Positions 1 to 10,112 of a stretch of 64,000 nucleotides of DNA are shown here, one piece after another. The DNA is from a bacterium (lineage in GTDB: Bacteria; UBA8248; JACPRG01; G963555815). The notes under the pieces are model-generated. The model did no database searches and was not told the DNA's origin. It was given only the letters and a program-made list of their open reading frames with translations. The stretch lies in NCBI GenBank assembly GCA_965218795.1, contig OZ244653.1, positions 640,001-704,000 on the forward strand, written 5' to 3'. The position numbers and the translations under genes were made by a program. The first letter of the stretch is position 1, and each line of letters begins with the position of its first letter.

Positions 1-121
1 GGCCCTGGAGAAGGTCGAGGCGGAAGGAGCGGCGTGTGTTGCCCCTGCCCGGATTTCATGAAACCGGCAGGCGCGCTTGAGCCGTGATTTCGCGCAGGCC
101 CTCCCGTCAGGAGGAATACTT

Positions 122-1750
122 TTGGCATTCAAGCCGGAATACGACGGAATCATTATCGGCGCCGGACACAATGCGCTCATACTCGCCGGGTATATGGCCC
201 GGGCCGGCTGCGAAGTCGTCGTCCTCGAGCGTTACCTCGAGCAGGGCGGGGGGCTGGACACCCATGTCGATCCGTGGCATCCGGGATTTCTTCACAACAT
301 GCATTCCGTCTTTCACCGGAACTTGACCAACTTGCCGTGGTGGCGGGATTTGCGGGTGGGAGACTTCGACGTCGAATACATCAAACCCGAGGTGGGATGC
401 GGACTTCTTTATGAGTCGGATCGGTGCCTTCTTCTTTATTCCGATCTTGAAAAAACAAAACGTTCCATTGCGAAGGTTTCGCCTCGGGACGCCGAGACCT
501 GGGAATCGATCCATCGCCGATGGCAGCCCGTGGTGAGTGAGGTCACGGAGCCGATGACCTACTCCCCTCCTATGGAATGGGAAAAACTGAGGATATGCAT
601 GAAGGGTAGCCGCTCCGGCGACGAATTTCTCTGGTTTGCGGAAAGATCTCCGGAGGAGGTTGTCCGCGAATTGTTTGAGAGCGGCCCATTGCAGGGGTTC
701 TTGCTGTTCCTGGCCGACCTGAGGGGATACGACAGCTACTCCAAGCGGTTGGGATGGATCATTCCCCAGATGATCGCCACCGGCGTCAATCCGCAGCTTG
801 CACGGGGGACTTCCCATAGACTGGCCCATGCCTTGGACGCCAGCGCGTTATCGGCTGGAGCGGATGTCGTTGAAGGAAGGGAAGTCACGAAAATCATCGT
901 GGAGGACGGCCTCGCACGAGGTGTAGAGCTCAAAGACGGCCGGCGCATCTACGCCCGGAGATTCATCGCGACGAGCACCGGACCTGCGCAAACTTTCCAA
1001 CGACTTGTCGATGCTCACCATGTGAAGCCCGAGTTTGCCGAGAAGACTTCGAGTTTTCAGTACGGTCCCATCGGCCCGATTTTTTCGATCCATCTCGCGC
1101 TCGCCGAGCGTCCGGTCTATACGGCCGAACGGCATGAGCCGGATGCGGGAAGAATCTTTTTGACACTGATCGGTCTGGATTCACCGGAGGACATGCGGGA
1201 GTTCCACCGGGCACATGTGGAAGGCAGAATCCCCAGTAAACTTTTCTTCAACGGAACAACCCCGTCGGTGTTCGACCCCGCTCAGGCGCCGCCCGGGAAG
1301 CACACGGCTTTCATGTGGCAGATGGTTCCTTACGACTTGGCGGACGGCGGACCGCAGCGGTGGTCTACGATCAAAGAGGAATTTCTCGATACACTTTTCG
1401 AGCATTGGGCCCGTCACGCCCCCAACCTCAAACGCGAGGGCGTGGTTCTCAACCGGTTTTGTCAGACTCCGCTCGACATCGAAGCCCATATCGCCACGAT
1501 GGTAAAGGGGGATCAGCTCGTGGGCCGCCTGACGGATCGTCAATACTATGACCGTCGGCCGCTGCCCGAGCTCTCCCGCTATCGGACGCCGATTCAAAAC
1601 CTGTATCTTTGCGGGGGTTGCTGCCATCCAAGCGCCAACATTACCGGCGGGCCCGGGTACAACGCAGCCAAGATTATCGCTGAGGATCTGGGTGTGGAGC
1701 CCTGGTGGAATCCACTGGAGTTGGAAGAGCACCTCCAATCTCTGAAGTGA
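122..1750 (+). CDS. NAD(P)/FAD-dependent oxidoreductase, phytoene desaturase family
   Basis: N-terminal dinucleotide motif IIGAGHNAL...VLER..GG and C-terminal YRTPIQNLYLCG..CHP...ITGGPGYNAA. A TTG start at 122 follows AGGAGG; the ORF track starts at 77. Confidence 0.85.
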   Translation: MAFKPEYDGIIIGAGHNALILAGYMARAGCEVVVLERYLEQGGGLDTHVDPWHPGFLHNMHSVFHRNLTNLPWWRDLRVGDFDVEYIKPEVGCGLLYESDRCLLLYSDLEKTKRSIAKVSPRDAETWESIHRRWQPVVSEVTEPMTYSPPMEWEKLRICMKGSRSGDEFLWFAERSPEEVVRELFESGPLQGFLLFLADLRGYDSYSKRLGWIIPQMIATGVNPQLARGTSHRLAHALDASALSAGADVVEGREVTKIIVEDGLARGVELKDGRRIYARRFIATSTGPAQTFQRLVDAHHVKPEFAEKTSSFQYGPIGPIFSIHLALAERPVYTAERHEPDAGRIFLTLIGLDSPEDMREFHRAHVEGRIPSKLFFNGTTPSVFDPAQAPPGKHTAFMWQMVPYDLADGGPQRWSTIKEEFLDTLFEHWARHAPNLKREGVVLNRFCQTPLDIEAHIATMVKGDQLVGRLTDRQYYDRRPLPELSRYRTPIQNLYLCGGCCHPSANITGGPGYNAAKIIAEDLGVEPWWNPLELEEHLQSLK

Positions 1751-1771
1751 GCTGAACGCATGGGGTGATTC

Positions 1772-2330
1772 ATGCGAATAGATTTGGAATGACTCCAAGG
1801 AGCCTGCGACATCCACATCCACCCATCGCCGGATGTATTCGCGCGGCTTTACGACCACATTGACGCGGCTTGTCACGCCCGGGATGCGAGCCGTTTTGAT
1901 GAAGTCCACCACCAGGGGACAGCCGGCCGAATGCCGCTGGCGGCCCGGGCCGTATGCGGGATTGACGTTTTCGGAAGCCTGAACTTGAACGATCCGGCGG
2001 GCGGACTGAACCCCTGGACGGTTGAAACGGCCATCCGGTACGGCGCGAAAAGAACTTTGTGCCCACCGTGGACGCACGTCTATTTCCGTTCTGTATGCGG
2101 ACGGATCGATTCTGCCGGACGTTCACATCATTCTGGTACTGAATCGCCGAGGCGAACAGCACCCTCAGTTGTGGGCACCTCGATCCGAGCATGTCGGGGA
2201 AGATGGGAATCCATTGCCCTGGCCAAACCGCTCAGGCGGGCGGATTTCCTGACCCTTGTTTCTTCGACATTATCAAGCAAAAAGCGAATCCTCACCTCTG
2301 GTGACCCCGATAGGTTGGGAATCCCACGGG
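1772..2330 (+). pseudogene. Decayed DUF6282-like metal-dependent hydrolase
   Basis: The frame from ATG 1772 reads MRIDLE*LQGACDIHIHPSPDVFARLYDH...GSLNLNDPAGGLNPWTVETAIRYGAK, with an in-frame TGA at 1790-1792. Similarity is lost downstream, so the end is approximate. Confidence 0.6.
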
Positions 2331-2349
2331 TCATCCAGTCTTCCCTATA

Positions 2350-3771
2350 TCAGCTCCGCCGGGTGGTTTTCCCCCATCGAAAAGTCGCTTGACGGTTTGC
2401 CTTGCGTCCGGAAGCGAGCCTCCTGAACAGGTAGCGTCCCGAGCCCGGCTCGCTTAGAATTTTGTCCTCCCGGATGACGATGCGCCCTCCCTTGACCACG
2501 GCCTTGGGCCATCCCTTGAGAACTTGGCTTTCGTACAGACTGAATCCGGCGAATGAATGAAGCGTTTCCGGGCGGACCCGACGCTCGGAGTTCAAGTCGA
2601 CAAGCGCCAAGTCCGCATCGGTTCCCGGTCGGATATCTCCTTTCTGCGGGTAGATGCCGTAAATCTGTGCCGGTTTTCGGCTGGCCGCCTCGACGATCCT
2701 CTCCAAAGGGATCTTGCGTTTGTGGTATCCCTCGTGAAGCAAGACCGGAAGGTGTGTTCCGACGGCCGCAATGCCTGTCTTCGACCCCCAGAGGCCGCCT
2801 TGGAGGTTCTTCTCCTTGCGGGTCCGGGGGGTGTGGTCCGTTCCGAGCGCATCGATGTGGCCGTCCCTTAACGCCTCCCAAAGGAGATCGACATCCCGGG
2901 GTCCCCGGAAGGGGGGCGACATCTTGGCCAGGAAACCCTTCTTGGAATGCTTGGTGATTGACAGGTTGGGCGAAGTGGTCTCAACGAACAGGTTCGGGTT
3001 TCTCTTCCGGAGCTCCGGGAGTCTGCGGGCCGCCAGTGCGGTCGACAGGTGAACGACGTAGACCCGCGCCCCTGTCGCTTCGGAAAGATAGGCGGCGCGG
3101 AGCATGCCTTCTTCTTCGGCTTCATCCGGGTGGGTGTCGGCCCAGTCGGCCAGCGTCCCATTCTTTCTGGATCGGTAGATCCGCTCGGTGGCCTGGATGA
3201 CCAGGTCCTCGTTCTCACAGTGGATTGCGAGAAAGGTCGGGGGGCCGAGCCGCGCCAGCGTCTTCATCGCCATATACATGATCCCGTCGTCTTCTGCCTC
3301 GACGATGCCGGGAAGCCCGTATTGGTAGCACTTGAAGCCCGTCACACCCAGCCGGTCGACGTACTCCGGAATCTCTTCGACCTGGAGCTCTTCACCGAGC
3401 TTGAGGGAGAAGACCATATCCGTATGGCTGTTGTTTTCGACGTCCTCCCGGAAATCCTGAAATGTATTCAGGTACGAACCCGGCTCGCGAAGAAGGGCGG
3501 AGAGGGTCGTTGTTCCGGCGGCCAGGGCCGACAAGCTTTCCGTGCGGCAATCGTTGGCGAAGCTCCCAGAGAATCCCAAATGGACATGGGGATCGAATAT
3601 TCCCGGAAAGACATGCAGCCCGGAGGCGTCAAATTCTTCCCGGGCGGAGGGCAGGACCTTTTCCATTGCAACCGACAGAATTTTCCCTTTCCGAATGGAA
3701 ACGCCCGCCCGGACGAGACCGGATCCAGGTATCACCAGGGTTCCACCTTTAATGTTCAGATCTGCTTCCAT
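2350..3771 (-). CDS. Cyclic amidohydrolase (dihydropyrimidinase/allantoinase/dihydroorotase family)
   Basis: Binuclear metal motifs DPHVH, GFK (carbamylated Lys), IHCEN, VHLST and GTDH. Confidence 0.85.
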   Translation of the reverse strand: MEADLNIKGGTLVIPGSGLVRAGVSIRKGKILSVAMEKVLPSAREEFDASGLHVFPGIFDPHVHLGFSGSFANDCRTESLSALAAGTTTLSALLREPGSYLNTFQDFREDVENNSHTDMVFSLKLGEELQVEEIPEYVDRLGVTGFKCYQYGLPGIVEAEDDGIMYMAMKTLARLGPPTFLAIHCENEDLVIQATERIYRSRKNGTLADWADTHPDEAEEEGMLRAAYLSEATGARVYVVHLSTALAARRLPELRKRNPNLFVETTSPNLSITKHSKKGFLAKMSPPFRGPRDVDLLWEALRDGHIDALGTDHTPRTRKEKNLQGGLWGSKTGIAAVGTHLPVLLHEGYHKRKIPLERIVEAASRKPAQIYGIYPQKGDIRPGTDADLALVDLNSERRVRPETLHSFAGFSLYESQVLKGWPKAVVKGGRIVIREDKILSEPGSGRYLFRRLASGRKANRQATFRWGKTTRRS

Positions 3772-4019
3772 GCCGGGTACCTCACGGGCGAGGGAGTTCC
3801 ATGACTGGTAAAGTTCGGAGCCCCAAAGGAAGAATCAGACGATATTTCTGTTCTTCAACCATTGTCCCTCGAAGGGCTTCTTGTCGCCGTTCGCGTTCTT
3901 CCCTTGAGAGGCTGGCTTTTCGGGGTGATCATCTTCCTGCTCCGTTACGGGGGGAAAGCGTCAAACCTCGCAAATTGCTCCCTGATTCCGTCGGGTCCTC
4001 AGGGTTGGGGGCTGCCCGT

Positions 4020-4958
4020 TCATCCGGATGGATCGGACGCTTGCTCAAGCCCGAGAAAAACCATTTCCGCGTTGAGAGGCAGATCTGCTTGATACCGTGG
4101 CCATTTTGCATATTTTTGTATGTCGATGTCGGATTTGATTTCGGTCAGCGTCTTCCCTTTATCCCGCAGACTCTTCACAGCATCCAGGAGATCGCGAAAG
4201 AACTCCCGCATGGCCCGGATGATTTCCACGCCACCCGCTCGCCCATGTCCCGGGACAATGATACCCGCACCGGACTGCTCCAATACCTCGAATGCGCGGA
4301 ACATGTCCGGGCCAATCGGTTCGGCCATGAAGGGGATACGTCCCACGAAGACGAGGTCGCCGGCGAACAGGACGCCTTCATCGGGCACAAGGACGGCGGC
4401 GTCCCCGACTGAATGGCAATGACCCAGGTGGAAGATTTCCACCGGACCATCCGGATCTTGGAGAGAGAGACGTTCAGAAAAGGTGACATCCGGGGCCCGC
4501 AATCGGAGACTGCAGAGATCGAGCGCTTGAAACCTTTTGAATAAAGAGAGGGTATCCTTTCGCCCAGCCTGAATTGCGCGTGAAATGATCGGGCCGTAGA
4601 AAAGCTCCAACGACCCGGATGAATCAGATCGTGCCGACACGGTTCGCAGCGCACGAGCTGTCGAGACGTGGGAGATGACAGCGCACTCAAAGGCTTGGCC
4701 TCCGAACGTGTGATCCCCATGATGGTGAGTGTAGAGAAGCGCCCGAGTTGGAAGATGGGACAACTCTTGAACACGCTCAAGAAGGGTTTGGCCCGAAGAA
4801 GGTGAACGCAGGGAGTCTACGACAATCGGTCCCCTGGCGCCGAGGATGATGCCGGCGTTCGCACCCCCGTCGGGTTCCGAGGCCACATAGACCCGCCGGG
4901 AGATTTGCTGGAGCGTGAAAGGAAGGTTTGAGATTCTTCTTGGGTCCATTGACGTCAT
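4020..4958 (-). CDS. MBL-fold metallo-hydrolase (cyclase-like)
   Basis: Motifs THHHGDH, GHCHS, FAGDL and VPGHG. The start is likely Met57 of the 368-aa ORF. Confidence 0.8.
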   Translation of the reverse strand: MTSMDPRRISNLPFTLQQISRRVYVASEPDGGANAGIILGARGPIVVDSLRSPSSGQTLLERVQELSHLPTRALLYTHHHGDHTFGGQAFECAVISHVSTARALRTVSARSDSSGSLELFYGPIISRAIQAGRKDTLSLFKRFQALDLCSLRLRAPDVTFSERLSLQDPDGPVEIFHLGHCHSVGDAAVLVPDEGVLFAGDLVFVGRIPFMAEPIGPDMFRAFEVLEQSGAGIIVPGHGRAGGVEIIRAMREFFRDLLDAVKSLRDKGKTLTEIKSDIDIQKYAKWPRYQADLPLNAEMVFLGLEQASDPSG

Positions 4959-5239
4959 CGGGATTACAGAAATCCCGGAAAATCCATTTTCGGATGATGA
5001 GTCTTTCGAACAATCAGATCGAGAGAGGATCGTAACACGGTCGGACTTGTCAATCTCGGAAGAAGCCGTCACCCGACAGGCCCTTCGGCGTTTGAGGCGT
5101 TTATTGTGTGCTAACCTGACGCTCATCGTTGTAATGCTCTCTTGCGATCGCAGACCGTTCCGCCGATGAGGGAAAGACGCTCAGGGAAAAATGTTCTCAT
5201 CGTCAAAGGCGAAAGGGTCGTCTTTTAAGAAGATCTCAT

Positions 5240-5722
5240 ATGGGCCGAACCAGGTTTTGGCCCTATCCGAGGCGGCGTGCTCGCAAGCTTTGCATCGATG
5301 TCCGTCTGCCGCCGAACGTGCTCCCGGTGGAGGTCTTCCATGAGTTGCGCGGTATAATCCGGAAGTTGCAGGCAGGCGATAAGGGGTTGAAAATGGATGT
5401 GGAAATATACGCATCCAACCCTCGGGTCGATATTCCACACGACCACCCCACGATTCGAGTCCTGGCCAAGGCGCACAGGGCGGTGTTTCGTAAGCGGCCG
5501 AAGGTGGAATGTTCGATTTATATCTCAGACGCCTGCCATCTCAACCGGTATGGAATCGCGACCGTCAATTACGGTGGCGGCGGAAGGCTCCGGACAGGCG
5601 GCTGGTTCGATCCTCAAGAGGGGGGAGCACCAACAGCATCAAAGACATGGTCCGGGCGACGGAGGCGTTCATTCCAGCTATGGATCTTTGCTCAAAGAGG
5701 CGGCGACCAACCCACTCCGTAG
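5240..5722 (+). pseudogene. C-terminal remnant of an M20/ArgE-like peptidase
   Basis: CIDVRLPP...AHRAVF...ISDACHLNRYGIATVNYGGG, then a frameshift to SIKDMVRATEAF. It resembles the C-terminal half of the intact M20 gene at 40885-42153. There is no intact N-terminal half. Confidence 0.7.
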
Positions 5723-5783
5723 GTGCGTCGGTTTTTTTGCGGGGTGAAGGGTTCTGGCAGACCAAACCAGGTGGAAAAACAAG

Positions 5784-6860
5784 ATGGACATGGAATTCAA
5801 TACGCTTCATGAAATCATCCTCGAAGCCCGACGCAACGTCGCGCAATACGTCTGGAACTACCTGAGCGGCGGATCGGAATCGGAAACCACACTGCGCCGG
5901 AACCGCCAGGGATTGGACAGTCTGGCCCTTCGGCCGAGGGTGCTCCGCGACGTCAGTGGAATTGATCCCTCGACCCGGTTCTTGGGCCACCCGGTGAGAA
6001 TTCCGGTCCTGATGGCGCCCATCGGGACGATCCATTCTCTCGTTCCGGAAGGTGCAGTGGCCGTTTCCCGCGCCGCCCATGCGTTTGGAACGGTGAATTT
6101 CGTCAGTTCCGCGACGCAGCCCAGCCTGGAGGAAACTGCCGCTGCCACGCCCAATCCCAAGTTTTATCAGCTCTATGTCTGGGGAGATATGAAGTGGGTC
6201 GAGGAACTCTTGGCGCGGGTCAAGAAGGCCGGATACGATGCCCTGACACTGACCGTGGATTCCACTTATTACGGCGCCCATGACCGCCAGTTGATCCAGG
6301 GTTGGATACCGGAAGCCGTGAAGCGAAAAGAAGGCAGGGAATATCAGCGATCCCTGACTTGGGACACCATGGACGCGATCAGAGAGCTCGCAGGCCTGCC
6401 CTTCATCCTGAAGGGCGTGGCCACCGGGGAAGACGCTGAAGCCGCTGTCGAACATGGGGCCCGCGCCGTTTATATCTCGAATCATGGTGGCCGTCAGCTC
6501 GACCACGGTCAGGGGTGTATCGATGTGCTTCCCGAGATCGCCGCTGCCGTCGATGGACGGGCGGAAATCATTATCGACGGCGGTTTTGTCAGAGGTACGG
6601 ATGTTCTCAAGGCGATTGCCCTCGGAGCTGATGCCGTAGCCATAGGGAAACTCCAGGGGTGGGCGCTGGCTGCAGCCGGGGAACAAGGTCTCGTTCGCGC
6701 GCTTGAACTCCTCGAAGAGGAAATGAAGAGAGATATGGGTCTTTTAGGGATTGCACGGTTGGATGAAATCGATTCCGATTATGTGACCGTCGCCAAACCC
6801 GTTTGTCAGCCTCACGCATATAGTGCTTTTCCTCACCTGCCGGAAGATATCTTTCGATAG
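5784..6860 (+). CDS. FMN-dependent alpha-hydroxy acid oxidase/dehydrogenase
   Basis: Motifs LRPRVLRDVS, LTVD, ILKGV, ISNHGGRQLD and IDGG..RGTDVLKAIALGA. Confidence 0.92.
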   Translation: MDMEFNTLHEIILEARRNVAQYVWNYLSGGSESETTLRRNRQGLDSLALRPRVLRDVSGIDPSTRFLGHPVRIPVLMAPIGTIHSLVPEGAVAVSRAAHAFGTVNFVSSATQPSLEETAAATPNPKFYQLYVWGDMKWVEELLARVKKAGYDALTLTVDSTYYGAHDRQLIQGWIPEAVKRKEGREYQRSLTWDTMDAIRELAGLPFILKGVATGEDAEAAVEHGARAVYISNHGGRQLDHGQGCIDVLPEIAAAVDGRAEIIIDGGFVRGTDVLKAIALGADAVAIGKLQGWALAAAGEQGLVRALELLEEEMKRDMGLLGIARLDEIDSDYVTVAKPVCQPHAYSAFPHLPEDIFR

Positions 6861-7069
6861 ATGTCTCCCTCGAACACCCTCCAAACTCGCTCAAAAAGGA
6901 CTTCTTGCACGTCCCCTCTCAGGACAGGTGATTCATTCTGATTGTGTGGTTTTTTTTGTCATTTGTATGAGCTGCTTGTAAAGCTCTGAGTAACATACCG
7001 AATGGAAGATTCCTGTCCGGGAAGAAATCCATCGGAGCATGATGTTTGCCACTGAAGACACGTTTTGGT

Positions 7070-7250
7070 TTGATAGGGTTCAGTGAGAACCACTCGGACA
7101 TCAGCCAGCGGAAGGAAGCTCGCGAGACCCTTCAGCAGTCGGAGAAAGAGTACCGCACCCTGTTCGAGCAGGCCGGCTCTCATCCTGGATAGGGGCAATG
7201 AAGTCATGAATGTGGACAAGAGCGTATCAGAAAATGCGGGTGAGATTTCA
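7070..7250 (+). pseudogene. Remnant of a PAS/PAC-domain sensor protein
   Basis: Reads LIGFSENHSDISQRKEARETLQQSEKEYRTLFEQAG (PAC end plus coiled-coil linker), then frameshifts into LILDRGNEVMNV (PAS start). Confidence 0.55.
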
Positions 7251-7277
7251 AGAAGCGGGTGTAATGATAGGGAAAAA

Positions 7278-7354
7278 TGGCGGGGTTGACGGGACTTGAA
7301 CCCGCGACCTCTGGCTTGACAGGCCAGCGTTCTAACCGTCTGAACTACAACCCC
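7278..7354 (-). tRNA. tRNA-Asp(GTC)
   Basis: Acceptor stem GGGGTTG/CAACCCC, anticodon arm CTGGC-CTGTCAA-GCCAG, T-loop GGTTCAAGTCC, encoded CCA. Confidence 0.95.
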
Positions 7355-7376
7355 GCCGCGTATCTCTTCATTGGTA

Positions 7377-7452
7377 TGGTGGGCGGAACAGGGCTTGAAC
7401 CTGTGACCTCCGGCTTGTAAGGCCGGCGCTCTTCCAACTGAGCTATCCGCCC
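7377..7452 (-). tRNA. tRNA-Val(TAC)
   Basis: Acceptor stem GGGCGGA/TCCGCCC, anticodon arm CCGGC-CTTACAA-GCCGG, T-loop GGTTCAAGCCC, encoded CCA. Confidence 0.95.
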
Positions 7453-7470
7453 CGTTCCTCCGGCCCAATC

Positions 7471-7500
7471 AATATATGACCACCGGAAAGAGAGCGTCAA
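7471..7500 (-). promoter_or_regulatory. Putative sigma70-type promoter of the tRNA-Val/tRNA-Asp pair
   Basis: TTGACG-N18-TATATT about 20 nt upstream of tRNA-Val. Confidence 0.55.
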
Positions 7501-7637
7501 GCTGATTCTTCGAAGGTCCTCGGGTATATCCAGAGTTCTCCTGTCGAATCATTGAATGGACGGAATGTGCGGGAAATTCTAAATTGAGGGCTTAGACATT
7601 CTACGTCCAAACCAGCCTGATAACGGATTCATTCAAT

Positions 7638-8666
7638 TTGATTCAAAATTTCCGCCGTCCAATATTCCAATGGTTGCTCTCAGCGTTCCTCGCAGGATTG
7701 TGGGCGTTGGGGTTGTCCGTTCCTCCGGCTCGGGCCGAACCCGCAAAGGTGCGTGTCGCGCTCGGACCCTCCATCACGACGGACATGATTGGCCGCCACT
7801 TGCTCCGTACGGGTGTCTTGAAGAGGTGGGGGGAGAAGGCGGATGCCGACATCGAGCTCACGGCGAGCAGGAACGCGAACATCCTCCTGGCCCAGAATAA
7901 GGCGGACATTGTCCTGTTGAGCACCATCGACGTAGCCCGGCTGGTACTGAACGATAAGCTGGAAATCGTTATTTGGGGGAAGGAATCAACCTCCTACGAA
8001 TCTTTTTATTCCAAGAGCGGACAGCCGGGGGACCTTCCCCTGGACTTCAAAGGGAAGCGGCTGGTTCATCCAGGCTGGAATACCCGGGGTACGCGTATCG
8101 GTCAGATCCTTCTGAAAAGCTTCTGGGGGCTGGACGCCGGGGCCGACTTCCAGGTCGTTACCGTTCCCTGGCGAATCGGGCCGGAAAAACTCCTTGAGGA
8201 TGAAGCGGATCTCGCCATCAACACCATGCCTTTTGTTCTCAACGGATTGCAGAAGGGGGTTCTCAGGAAAGTCGGGAAGAGCTTTGCCGGGCATTGGGCC
8301 GATTTGCGCGGAAACGGCAGAAGGCTGGGGGGGCTCTTCTGGGTTTCTTGGCAGAGCTGGTTGCAACGGGAGAGAAAAAGGGCGTTTGCGCTGCTGGGTG
8401 CATGGGCCGAAGGCATGCAGTATAGCCATACTGATACAGAGACGTGGGTCCGGGAGTATCTTCCGCTGGTCATGCGCGGGGCCGATAAGGAGAGCGTCCG
8501 ATTTTTCCTGGACTGGGTCCGGAGAGAACAGCCTGTCTACGCTTCTCCCTATCTGTCGGCAGAGGATATCGAAGACGAGAATCAATTTCTGAGGCTCGCG
8601 GTTCAGAGCAAGCTGATCCGCAGGATGCCGGATCGTCCGATTTGGGAGGTGGTCCGGCCGCGATAG
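7638..8666 (+). CDS. ABC transporter substrate-binding protein (SsuA/NMT1-like)
   Basis: Signal peptide ending ARA; DFKGKRL motif; ADLAI; C-terminal helix pattern of class II binding proteins. Confidence 0.6.
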   Translation: MIQNFRRPIFQWLLSAFLAGLWALGLSVPPARAEPAKVRVALGPSITTDMIGRHLLRTGVLKRWGEKADADIELTASRNANILLAQNKADIVLLSTIDVARLVLNDKLEIVIWGKESTSYESFYSKSGQPGDLPLDFKGKRLVHPGWNTRGTRIGQILLKSFWGLDAGADFQVVTVPWRIGPEKLLEDEADLAINTMPFVLNGLQKGVLRKVGKSFAGHWADLRGNGRRLGGLFWVSWQSWLQRERKRAFALLGAWAEGMQYSHTDTETWVREYLPLVMRGADKESVRFFLDWVRREQPVYASPYLSAEDIEDENQFLRLAVQSKLIRRMPDRPIWEVVRPR

Positions 8667-8884
8667 GGAAATCGTCACGCTGAGAGCCTTGCTCTGTGAC
8701 ACTTCCATGCCGATATTCGGCCCTGCGGTTGGATTGCAGATTGACCTCCTCCACCCCTTTTGATAGTTTCCAAGTAGTGCCCACTTAAGCAATCCGCGCG
8801 CAAAGAGCAGATCAAGAATAAGCGGGTGCTCGGCCTCGCTCCGAAGGGCTGAGAATTTCCTATTGAATCAAAAGGGAAGAATCG

Positions 8885-10069
8885 ATGAGGGACGTGGTTA
8901 TCGTCGGCGGCGTGAGGACGCCGGGTGCAAAATTCGGCGGGACCCTGAAGGATGCGCCCGTCCCGGAACTGGGCGCCCTGGTGGTCAAGGAAGTCATTGA
9001 CCGGTCGGGAATTGACCCGAAGACGATTGAGGAAGTGATTTTCGGAAACGGCTGGCAGACGGGCGTAGGCCCTAATCCGGCCCGCTTGGTGTCCGTCAAG
9101 GGCGGAGTCCCCGAGAGCGCTCCCGCATACACGGTCAACAAGAGATGTGGTTCCAGCCTCAAAACGATTATTCTCGGGACTCAGGCCATCCGCTCCGGCG
9201 ACGCGGACACTGTCCTCGTCGGAGGGGTTGAAAATACCAGCCGGGTGCCGTTCATCGTTCAAAATGCCCGCTGGGGACTGCGTCAGGGTCATGGGGAGTT
9301 GGTGGATCTGACCCATCAGGACGGCTATGTGTGTGGCCTGGTCGGGGAAATCATGGGTTCCACGGCCGAGACACTGGCCGTTCAATATGCCATCAGCCGA
9401 GATGAACAGGACGATTTTGCTCTTCGGAGTCACGAAAAGGCCCTGGCCGCAATCGAAAAAGGGTATTTTGAGGAGGAGGTCGTACGAGTCCCTTTGAACG
9501 GAAAGAAGAAAGGTCCCGAGAGTTTTGATGTGGACGAGATTCCCAGAGGTGACATATCGCTGGAAAGGCTGGGCAGGCTCAAGCCGATCTTCAAGAAAGA
9601 TGGAACGGTAACGGCGGGCAATGCTTGCGCGCAGTGCGATGCTGCATCGGCTCTCATCCTGATGGCTGGCGAGCGGGCGGCGGAGCTTGGGATCGATCCG
9701 ATGGCGAAGATCGTCGGCTATGGAAGCGCGGGTGTGGACCCGAAGGTCATGGGAATTGGGCCTGTTCCCGCGGCCCAGCAGGCCCTCGAGAAGGCCGGGA
9801 TGACGCTCGAGCAGATGGACCTCATTGAAGTCAATGAGGCCTTTGCCGCGCGAGTGATTGCCGTCGAGCGTGAATTGAAGTGGGACCGGGACCGCGTCAA
9901 CGTGCATGGCGGGGCCATCGCATTGGGGCACCCGGTCGGTGCGACCGGCGGGAAAATCACGGTGACGCTCCTGCACGCGCTGAAACGGTACGACAAAACC
10001 CTTGGGATGGCGACGCTCTGCATCGGGGGCGGGCAGGGAGTGGCCATCATTTTTGAACGACAGAACTGA
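8885..10069 (+). CDS. Thiolase (acetyl-CoA C-acyltransferase)
   Basis: Motifs NKRCGSS, NEAFA, GHPVGATG and CIGGGQG. Confidence 0.95.
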   Translation: MRDVVIVGGVRTPGAKFGGTLKDAPVPELGALVVKEVIDRSGIDPKTIEEVIFGNGWQTGVGPNPARLVSVKGGVPESAPAYTVNKRCGSSLKTIILGTQAIRSGDADTVLVGGVENTSRVPFIVQNARWGLRQGHGELVDLTHQDGYVCGLVGEIMGSTAETLAVQYAISRDEQDDFALRSHEKALAAIEKGYFEEEVVRVPLNGKKKGPESFDVDEIPRGDISLERLGRLKPIFKKDGTVTAGNACAQCDAASALILMAGERAAELGIDPMAKIVGYGSAGVDPKVMGIGPVPAAQQALEKAGMTLEQMDLIEVNEAFAARVIAVERELKWDRDRVNVHGGAIALGHPVGATGGKITVTLLHALKRYDKTLGMATLCIGGGQGVAIIFERQN

Positions 10070-10112
10070 GCCGGCCGGTTCTTCCTCTCTTGATTCATAA
10101 AGGACGCGCCGA

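Noticed and set aside
122-1750. Carotenoid biosynthesis
   Set aside because: There are no crtB or crtE neighbours and the context is catabolic, so only the family-level call is supported.
1790-1792. In-frame TGA as selenocysteine or recoding
   Set aside because: It falls at a non-catalytic N-terminal position, the gene is also degraded downstream, and TGA is the normal stop in many genes here.
3775-4020. Small gene between the MBL hydrolase and the amidohydrolase
   Set aside because: Only very short frames with no recognisable motif.
6959-7468. 169-aa ORF on the minus strand
   Set aside because: It overlaps tRNA-Val and tRNA-Asp, so it is a spurious translation of tRNA sequence.
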